Of a DNA stretch of 64,000 bases, positions 47,148 through 54,404 are shown piece after piece; position 1 is the first letter of the stretch; the number at the start of each line of letters is the position of its first letter. Made by a program: the position numbers and the translations under genes. The stretch is from NCBI GenBank assembly GCA_965200965.1, contig OZ241744.1:256001-320000 (forward strand), in the 5' to 3' direction. This DNA is from an uncultured Candidatus Binatia bacterium (GTDB taxonomy: Bacteria > Desulfobacterota > Binatia > Bin18). The notes under the pieces were generated by a model. It saw only the letters and a program-made list of their open reading frames with translations, searched no databases and had not been told where the DNA came from.

Positions 47148-49618
47148 GAGCGTGCCCCCGATGAGGCCGGAACGGGCCAGCCCACCTGATCGGCCACAGG
47201 AAATTCAATTGCCCAGACCGACTTCTCGCTGGCGACCTGCCCGGTGCGGAGCCGTGCCAGCGGATAGGCGGGCAGCCGCACCGTCGCCAGACACTTGTCA
47301 GCAAACCGCGCCGCCTGCTGCACATGCGGCAGGCGGTGCCGCCACCGGTGGAAGCTGAAATCCAGGACCGCAAACCCGAAGGGCCGCCGCGCAGCAGTCA
47401 GCACCGCCCGGTCCTGGGGGAAGACATGCAGGAAGAAGCGCCCCTGCGTGTCCGCCCGCTGACACCCCTCTTTGACATAGGTCAGGGTCCGCCCGTCCAG
47501 GTACAGGGCAAAGTCAGAGCGGGCCACCGGCGGGGTCGCCACCGCTGCCCGGTATGTCGCCTCAAGCAGGTCGGTCGCGGTCACGCCAGCAGCCGACCAC
47601 GCCAGAGCAACGTGCCAGCGATCCACTCCCTCGGGGACGAACAGGCGGGCTTCAAGGGTTTGGATCGGATAGGGGGGCAGTGTCCGCCGGATCAGACACG
47701 CCCCGTCAACGCGGACCCCGTAATCGGAAAAGCTGAAGTCCAGGACCTTAACGCTTGGCGTCCGCCGCCGCGCGGGGCGGTCGGCAGCGGCAGCGGCAGC
47801 GGGGTCCACGGGCACGACATGGACCACGAAGCGCCCCCGCACATCGGCCGGCCGGCAGGGGGCCTTCACCCAGGTCAGGGTGGTCCCGTCCAGGTACAGG
47901 TCGAACGCCGAGCGGAGCAGGGGCGGCCCGGCGGTGGTGGCCCGGTAGAGTTGCCGGTAGCGCTCGGCGGTGGCCGTATCCACCAGAGCCGGGTCGCTCG
48001 CGCTCACCGTGAGGATGGTGTTGTTGTAGACTTGGCGGGTGTAGAGAATGGGTGCGAAGGGGAGATCACGGCTCTTGTTCCGCGCGGTGAATGTGTGATT
48101 GATCACATGAAAGTCCCCCTCCTCCTCTATTCCGTCGGCGAAGACGAGGCGACGCCGGTCCGCCTTGGAAAGGATGTCCCGGTTCATGGTGTGTTGGACA
48201 CTGTGATGGCCCGACGCTAGAGAGACGGGTGAGACGGGCTGGCGCTGGAGCAGATATTCCAGCCCCTCCCGGTACACCGTCCCCCAATACTCCATGTCAT
48301 ACTGCCCACGCAGATACTCGGGCGTGTGCCGGTCCACCAGCCGGTTGAAATAGAGGTGCTGGTAGGGATGAAGCCCCACCATTTCGATGACCACGCCAGC
48401 CAAGCCAGCTACGGCCAAGCCATAGACACCGGCCCGCAGGGCGGGCCAGCGGCACACGCCAGCCAGCCGCCGCAGACCGGCCACGGCCAGCAGGCACAGC
48501 GGGGCGTAGAGGAAATACATCTGCCGCCAGCCATTGTAGACGTTGGCATTGAGGACGATGACGGCCCCAACGGGCAGGAGCACACAGGCCACGAGCAGGC
48601 CCTCAAAGCGGGTGGCGGGGTTGCGGAGCCACTCGCCGGGGTGGGTCAGAGTCCGCCAGAGCACACCAGCCGCCCCGATGAGGCTCAGCAGCAGTACGCC
48701 CGGCGGGGTGGTGATGGCCAGCCAGGTCGGAATGTAGTGGGCCGGAATGGCCGGCCAGCGGATTGTCTCGCCTTGAAAGAGCATAATGGGACGGTGAGGA
48801 TACTGGGAGAAAACCTTGACCGCTTCGACCACCTCCAAGGGATTGCTCCACAGATGGGGCGAGACCGCATACAGCGTCAAGACACTGGCCAGCCCGAACA
48901 CCCCCAGCGTCCTCCCCACCTGCCGCCGTTCCGCCCGATTTCCCGCTCGCACCCAATCCACCACCCGCATCACCACCACCGCCACAAACAATCCCCCGCC
49001 CATGATGCGTAAGTTCGTTGCGACCCCCACCCCTACCCCACACAGCGCATACGCCCCCACCCCCCCCCGCTGCCACGCCCTGTGAATCAGGGCCAGACAG
49101 CCCAGGAAGGCGACCAGGAAGGGAATGTCCTTGGTGTTGAAAAACGAGTGGGCATACAGCCGGGGATGGAGGACGAAGAGGCCGAGGGCCAGCAGGGCCA
49201 GCCAGCGGCTGCCGAACAGCCGGGAGGCCAGCCAGGCCGCGCCCCCGCCGCCGGCCAGAAAGCAGAGGTGGGTGAGCAGATGGCGGCTCAAGTAGATGGC
49301 GCGGCTGTCGGTGAGGCCGAGCAGCCGCTCAACCAGCACCAGCGGCACTTCGAAGACGACGCCGTAGTAGCGGTCATGGGGAGGGAGACGCAGAACAGCG
49401 TCGTCGCCCAGCGCATAGGTGATTACCGCCTGGCTGATCCCGCGTTGATCCGGTTCATCCCACGCCACCCCGTAATCGTCAAGAACGGCCAAGCCCACCA
49501 CGGCCAGGACGGCCAGGGCCAGCAGGACACTGTAGGTAGCCACGAAGGCCACCGCCGCCGTGTGCCAGCGGCCTGCGGGCCGGGGGACCGTAGCGCTCAC
49601 CATTCGCTGTTCCAACAT
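47144..49618 (-). CDS. GT-C glycosyltransferase, copy 13 (first in operon), 2 C-terminal domains, unique N-terminus
   Basis: MLEQRMVS start preceded by an AGGAG RBS; DDYGVAWDEPDQ. Confidence 0.85.
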   Translation of the reverse strand: MLEQRMVSATVPRPAGRWHTAAVAFVATYSVLLALAVLAVVGLAVLDDYGVAWDEPDQRGISQAVITYALGDDAVLRLPPHDRYYGVVFEVPLVLVERLLGLTDSRAIYLSRHLLTHLCFLAGGGGAAWLASRLFGSRWLALLALGLFVLHPRLYAHSFFNTKDIPFLVAFLGCLALIHRAWQRGGVGAYALCGVGVGVATNLRIMGGGLFVAVVVMRVVDWVRAGNRAERRQVGRTLGVFGLASVLTLYAVSPHLWSNPLEVVEAVKVFSQYPHRPIMLFQGETIRWPAIPAHYIPTWLAITTPPGVLLLSLIGAAGVLWRTLTHPGEWLRNPATRFEGLLVACVLLPVGAVIVLNANVYNGWRQMYFLYAPLCLLAVAGLRRLAGVCRWPALRAGVYGLAVAGLAGVVIEMVGLHPYQHLYFNRLVDRHTPEYLRGQYDMEYWGTVYREGLEYLLQRQPVSPVSLASGHHSVQHTMNRDILSKADRRRLVFADGIEEEGDFHVINHTFTARNKSRDLPFAPILYTRQVYNNTILTVSASDPALVDTATAERYRQLYRATTAGPPLLRSAFDLYLDGTTLTWVKAPCRPADVRGRFVVHVVPVDPAAAAAADRPARRRTPSVKVLDFSFSDYGVRVDGACLIRRTLPPYPIQTLEARLFVPEGVDRWHVALAWSAAGVTATDLLEATYRAAVATPPVARSDFALYLDGRTLTYVKEGCQRADTQGRFFLHVFPQDRAVLTAARRPFGFAVLDFSFHRWRHRLPHVQQAARFADKCLATVRLPAYPLARLRTGQVASEKSVWAIEFPVADQVGWPVPASSGARS

Positions 49619-49883
49619 GCAAGGCGCTCCTGGGCAGAGGACTCTTCATACACCCGAAACGAGGGGCTGTGAAGTTGGGGAGACGGGCTGTACAACAGCC
49701 TGGAGATGAGGGACGGACAACGCCGAAGTCTCGACAATCTGTCGGGTATTGTGTAGGCCATCTCAGACGCCTCTCACTGCCCGCTGTGTCTGCTGTGGCC
49801 GGGGCTGTTGTCCAACAGAGGGGGCTTTTCGGAAAGACAGTGCCCAGATAGGATCAGGGCCACGCGTGGCGAAGGAGAGTCTT

Positions 49884-50906
49884 GTGCAGGATATCCAGGC
49901 GATACAGACGCAACTGGGCGAAGAGTTGGCCGCGGCAACCTCGGAGCGTGAACTTGAAGCTGTCCGGGTGCGCTACCTGGGTCGTAAGGGCGTCGTTACC
50001 CTGTTGCGAAAAAACGCGGATTTTTCACGCATGACCGCGGACGAAAAAAAGCGCTTCGGCCAGCAGTTCAACCAACTCAAAGGCTTTGTCAGAGACCAGC
50101 TTGGCCAGGCCCGGGCCGAGCGGCAGGCCAGTCTCCAGCCGCAATGCAGTATTGATATGACGCTTCCGGGTCTGAATAATCGCAGCGGCCATCTGCATCC
50201 GATCTCACTGGTCCAAATGGAACTGGAAGAGATCGCCCGGGCGATGGGGTTTCGGATTGAGACCGGCTATCACGTCGAGACCGATTTCTACAACTTTGAG
50301 AGCCTGAACATCCCCAGCGATCATCCGGCCCGGGATATGCAGGACACCTACTGGCTGACCAACGGCATGTTGCTCCGGACCCATACCTCGGCCAACCAAG
50401 TCCGCGCCTTAGAAACCTGTGGCGTGCCGCTGCGGGCAATTTTTCCAGGCCGCTGTTTTCGCAACGAGGCCATTGACGCCAGCCACGAAAACACCTTCTA
50501 CCAGCTCGAAGGGCTAATGGTCGATACCGATATCTCGATCGCCAATCTGATTGCGATGATGAAGACCTTGTTGACGGCCGTCTTTCACCGCGCGGTCACA
50601 GTCCGGCTTCGGCCCGGCTATTTTCCCTTTGTCGAGCCCGGCTTTGAGCTGGATATTCGGTGTCTGATCTGTGACGGCCGCGGGTGTGCCACCTGCAAAC
50701 GCTCGAGTTGGGTCGAGTTGTTGCCGTGCGGCTTGGTCCATCCCCGGGTGCTGGAGTTTGGCGGTGTTGACCCCGACCAGTATAGTGGCTTTGCGTTTGG
50801 CCTGGGCCTGACCCGGCTGGCGATGATGAAATACAACATCCCTGATATTCGGCTGCTCAACGCGGGCGACCTGCGTTTCGGTGAGCAGTTTCCGGCCTCG
50901 GTCTAA
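49884..50906 (+). CDS. pheS: Phenylalanine--tRNA ligase alpha subunit
   Basis: YLGRKG, HPARDMQDTY, LLRTHTS, GRCFRNE, YFPFVEPG and GFAFGLGLTRLAM motifs. GTG 49884 follows AAGGAG. Confidence 0.95.
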   Translation: MQDIQAIQTQLGEELAAATSERELEAVRVRYLGRKGVVTLLRKNADFSRMTADEKKRFGQQFNQLKGFVRDQLGQARAERQASLQPQCSIDMTLPGLNNRSGHLHPISLVQMELEEIARAMGFRIETGYHVETDFYNFESLNIPSDHPARDMQDTYWLTNGMLLRTHTSANQVRALETCGVPLRAIFPGRCFRNEAIDASHENTFYQLEGLMVDTDISIANLIAMMKTLLTAVFHRAVTVRLRPGYFPFVEPGFELDIRCLICDGRGCATCKRSSWVELLPCGLVHPRVLEFGGVDPDQYSGFAFGLGLTRLAMMKYNIPDIRLLNAGDLRFGEQFPASV

Positions 50907-50910
50907 GCCC

Positions 50911-53286
50911 ATGAAGATCTCACTCGAATGGATTTCCCAATACGTTGATGTGTCCGACATTGCCCCGGCCACGCTCGCCGAGCGGCTGACGATGGCGACG
51001 GCTGAGGTCGAAGCGGTGGAGACGCTGACCCGCAGTCTGGACGGGGTCCGGGTCGGCCGGGTAGTGTCGGTCGAAACCCTGTCCGATGCCAAGTCCTTTG
51101 TCCAGATAGAGTGCGGGGCCGATACGTTTAGCACGGTATGCGGCACGCCCGAGGTGCGGCCGGGTATGACCTCGGCCTTTGCTCCGGCCGGAACGCGGCT
51201 GGCTAACGGGCAGCGTGTAGAGGAAAGACAGATCGGCGGCCGGCCCAGCCAGGGGGTGTTGTGTTCGTCCGAGGAACTCGGCCTAGGTGGCGGGCGTGGC
51301 GGGATTTTGGACCTGCCCGAGTGCCTCAGCAGCGGCCGTCTGCTGGCGGAGCTGATTCCCCCCACCGACGCGATTCTTGAGATCGATAATAAGAGCCTGA
51401 CCCACCGGCCCGACCTGTGGGGCCACTACGGCTTGGCCCGCGAGGTGGCCGCGGTCTTGGGCCGGCCCTTGCGACCGCTGGAGCGCGCCGACCTGTCGGT
51501 CTATGACGCCCTGCCGGCCTATCCGCTCAGGCTTGAAGACGTGGAAAACTGCCCCTGCTACTGCTGTCTGGAACTCGGGGTGGCTGCGGTGCCGGCACCG
51601 CTGAGCATTCAGTACCGGCTGCACGCCCTGGGACAGCGGACGTTTAATATCCTGGTTGACCTGACCAACTATATCATGCTTGAACTCGCCCAGCCCATGC
51701 ACGCCTTTGACGGTGCCCGGCTGCACGCCGTCCGCATCGCTCCGTTTGGCCGCACCGCCATCTTTGCGACCCTGGACGGCCAAGACCGGGCCATGCAGCC
51801 GGACGACCTGATGATCTGGAATGAACACGAGCCGGTGGCCCTGGCCGGCATCATGGGCGGGCTGAACAGCGAGGTCGGCCAGGGCACGACCAGCCTGCTG
51901 CTGGAGAGCGCCAATTTCAGGGCGGCGCGCATCCGCCGCACCGCCGCCCGCCTCGGGCTGCAAACCGACGCCAGCCAGCGCTTTGAGAAACAGCCGCCGC
52001 CGGCCACGACCAAGCTGGGCATTGAGCGCTTTGTCCACCTGCTGGGCGAGGCCGGCCTCACGCCCGAGGTCCGCTCGCGCCTGACCTCCGCCGGTGAGTT
52101 GAAAGACGCCGTTCGGCGGCTGAGCATCCCCAAAGACTTTTTTGATCGGCGGATCGGCAACCCCATCTCCGGTGAGGACATGGTCTCTATCCTGAGCGCC
52201 CTCGGGTTTGAGGCCGAGATGGACACGGATGAGCTGCGGGTCGGTATTCCGCCGTTTCGGAGCGAGAAAGACATCTCGCTGCCGGTGGATATCCTGGAGG
52301 AAGTTACCCGCATTCACGGCTATGACAGCATCAAACCCCGGCTGCCGGACTTTTCGGCCGACACCGTAGCGTTTGACGACAGCCTGCGGACCGAGCACAA
52401 AGCCCGGCGACTGCTGGCTCAGGCCTACAAATTTTCAGAAATCCACACCTACAGTTGGTTTGATGAAACCTGGCTGAAAACCATCGCCTATGAACCGCCG
52501 GCCGCCCTGCGGGTGGCAAATCCCAGCGCTGAGCACAATGTGCGGCTGCGCACCAGCCTGATTCCCAATATCCTGGCCGTGGTCAAGAAAAACGCGCCGC
52601 ACAGCGACCAATTCCGTATCTTTGAGCTGGGTCCAGGCTATTGGGCGGTGGGAGAAACCGGGTGCCGGGAGGGCGTGCTGTTGTCTGGAGCCAGCTTTCA
52701 GCACGACAAAATCGCGCCCCTGGAAGACCATTTTCGGACGGTCAAGGGCGCTCTTGAAGCCCTGGCCGGCCAGTTGAATGCGGGGGAGTTGGATTTCGTG
52801 CCGGGGACCGAGACTCCTGCGCCGTGGCAGACCGCCGGCAGCCATGTCCAGATAAGCCGGGGGGCGAAGCCGGTTGGCAGCCTCGGCTTTGTGACCGGCC
52901 CGTTGTTGACCGAGCTGGCCGCCAAGGCCCAAGCTGTCTGGTTTGAGCTCGATTTCAGGGCTGTGGACGGCCCGCTGTTTCCCGAGGTCAGCTACCTGGC
53001 CGCCTCTCGGTATCCGGGCTCGTGGTGTGATTTTTCCATTGTCGCCCCGCTTACGACCAGCTTTGCCGAGCTGCTCCGCACCCTGGACGGCTTCTCGCAT
53101 CCTTTGCTCAAAAAACGCGAGTTTGTGAGGCGCTATACCGGCAAAGGACTTGACCCGGGCCTGGGCAGTTATACGTTTCGGTATTGGATCGAATCACCCG
53201 AGCGGACCTTGAGCGGTGAGCAAATTGAGGTCTTCCAGCAGGACTATCTCGCTTTCCTGGAGGCCAGCGGCCTGCACCTGCGCTAG
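50911..53286 (+). CDS. pheT: Phenylalanine--tRNA ligase beta subunit
   Basis: MKISLEWI start, OB-fold, EIDNKSLTHRPDLWGHYG, B3/4 domain (ALAGIMGGLNSEV, LLESANF), B5 domain and C-terminal FDX-ACB-like domain. Confidence 0.95.
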   Translation: MKISLEWISQYVDVSDIAPATLAERLTMATAEVEAVETLTRSLDGVRVGRVVSVETLSDAKSFVQIECGADTFSTVCGTPEVRPGMTSAFAPAGTRLANGQRVEERQIGGRPSQGVLCSSEELGLGGGRGGILDLPECLSSGRLLAELIPPTDAILEIDNKSLTHRPDLWGHYGLAREVAAVLGRPLRPLERADLSVYDALPAYPLRLEDVENCPCYCCLELGVAAVPAPLSIQYRLHALGQRTFNILVDLTNYIMLELAQPMHAFDGARLHAVRIAPFGRTAIFATLDGQDRAMQPDDLMIWNEHEPVALAGIMGGLNSEVGQGTTSLLLESANFRAARIRRTAARLGLQTDASQRFEKQPPPATTKLGIERFVHLLGEAGLTPEVRSRLTSAGELKDAVRRLSIPKDFFDRRIGNPISGEDMVSILSALGFEAEMDTDELRVGIPPFRSEKDISLPVDILEEVTRIHGYDSIKPRLPDFSADTVAFDDSLRTEHKARRLLAQAYKFSEIHTYSWFDETWLKTIAYEPPAALRVANPSAEHNVRLRTSLIPNILAVVKKNAPHSDQFRIFELGPGYWAVGETGCREGVLLSGASFQHDKIAPLEDHFRTVKGALEALAGQLNAGELDFVPGTETPAPWQTAGSHVQISRGAKPVGSLGFVTGPLLTELAAKAQAVWFELDFRAVDGPLFPEVSYLAASRYPGSWCDFSIVAPLTTSFAELLRTLDGFSHPLLKKREFVRRYTGKGLDPGLGSYTFRYWIESPERTLSGEQIEVFQQDYLAFLEASGLHLR

Positions 53287-53301
53287 GCGAAGACACGGGC
53301 T

Positions 53302-54279
53302 ATGGAGACGGTTTTCAGCGGGATTCAGCCCTCCGGTGAGATGCACCTCGGCAACTATCTGGGGGCGGTCCGGAACTGGGTGGACTTACAGGATCAGTAC
53401 CAGTGTTTTTTCTGCGTGGTTGACTACCACGCCATCACCCAGGACTATGAGCGCGACGCCCTGTCCCGCCAGACCCTGGAAATGGCGGCCGATCTGATCG
53501 CCTGCGGCATTGATCCGGAGCGGTCGGTCGTGTTTGTGCAGTCGAGCGTGGCCGAGCATACCGAGCTGTGCTGGATTCTCGATACGGTCACGCCGTTTGG
53601 CGAGTTGGGACGCATGACCCAGTTCAAGGACAAAGCCGCCAAGCAGGCGGATAATATCAACGCCGGGCTGTTCAGCTATCCAGTGCTCCAGACGGCCGAC
53701 ATCATTCTGTACAAAGCCAGCCTGGTGCCGGTCGGCGTCGATCAGGTCCAGCACCTTGAGTTGGCGCGTGAAATTGTCCGCCGCTTCAACAAACGCTGGG
53801 GCGACTATTTCCCCGAGCCCCAGGCCCTGCTGTCCGGCACGCCAAAAATTCTGGGCCTGGACGGACAGGCCAAAATGTCGAAGTCGCTCGGCAACACCAT
53901 TGCCCTGGGCGAGGCCGACGAGCCGATTCGCCAACGCTTGGCCACCGCGGCGACCGACCCGCAGCGGGTGCGGCGCACAGATCCGGGTACCCCGGAGGTG
54001 TGCAACCTGCATACCCTGCACACCTTCTTTTCAGACGAAGAGCGTCTGGAATGGGTGCGGGCAGGGTGTCGCACTGCCGCTATCGGCTGTGTTGAGTGCA
54101 AGGCAGCCCTGGCCGATAATCTGATCGCCCATCTACGGACCATCCGCCAGCGCCGGGCCGAGTTCCAGGCACAGTCTGGCTGGATTGAAGAAATCCTGCG
54201 TGAGGGTGCCCGCAAAGCCCAAGCGGTTGCCCGACAGACGCTTGCCGAGGTCCGGGAGCATATTGGTCTGTGGGGATAG
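53302..54279 (+). CDS. trpS: Tryptophan--tRNA ligase
   Basis: FSGIQPSGEMHLGNY (HIGH), YPVLQTADI, VPVGVDQVQHLEL and KMSKS motifs. Confidence 0.97.
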   Translation: METVFSGIQPSGEMHLGNYLGAVRNWVDLQDQYQCFFCVVDYHAITQDYERDALSRQTLEMAADLIACGIDPERSVVFVQSSVAEHTELCWILDTVTPFGELGRMTQFKDKAAKQADNINAGLFSYPVLQTADIILYKASLVPVGVDQVQHLELAREIVRRFNKRWGDYFPEPQALLSGTPKILGLDGQAKMSKSLGNTIALGEADEPIRQRLATAATDPQRVRRTDPGTPEVCNLHTLHTFFSDEERLEWVRAGCRTAAIGCVECKAALADNLIAHLRTIRQRRAEFQAQSGWIEEILREGARKAQAVARQTLAEVREHIGLWG

Positions 54280-54404
54280 AGACCAGGGTGAAACGCTCCA
54301 GTTCTTTGGATCTCCGTTGTTTATCAGCGAGGGGTGCTGCTCTGGCTCGGTCTCCAGCTACAAGGCGCATGGAGGAGGGGCATGGGTCCTCCCGCGGCGG
54401 CGGT

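Larger units (their letters stand above)
15736..49618 (-). repeat. Tandem array of 13 paralogous GT-C glycosyltransferase genes (units ~2.1-3.3 kb)
   Basis: Long near-identical blocks (e.g. encoding LTDSRAIYLSRHLLTHLCFLAGGGGAAWLA and HPRLYAHSFFNTKDIPFL) recur 13 times. Each stop overlaps the next possible start by 4 nt. Confidence 0.95.

Noticed and set aside
15736-49618. Diversity-generating retroelement as the source of the hypervariable loops
   Set aside because: No reverse transcriptase or non-coding template repeat lies in the window. Changes include indels and all base types at many dispersed sites rather than adenine-specific changes in one C-terminal VR. A trans-acting DGR is not formally excluded.
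15736-49618. CRISPR array, integron cassette array or shufflon
   Set aside because: The repeats are whole coding genes with overlapping stops and starts. No short repeat-spacer structure, attC-like sites, inversions or recombinase gene are seen.
15874-49672. Many long plus-strand and alternative-frame ORFs (e.g. 40372..42459, 37493..38848, 30059..31369)
   Set aside because: They are antisense shadows of GC-rich genes, repeated with the array, with low-complexity Pro/Gly/Arg composition and inconsistent boundaries between copies.
49800-49820. LexA SOS box (CTGT-N8-ACAG)
   Set aside because: The spacing is N6 here and N3 at ~49688, not N8.
49749-49883. Cys-rich N-terminal extension of PheS
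   Set aside because: An AAGGAG RBS precedes GTG 49884, which gives a normal 340-aa PheS.
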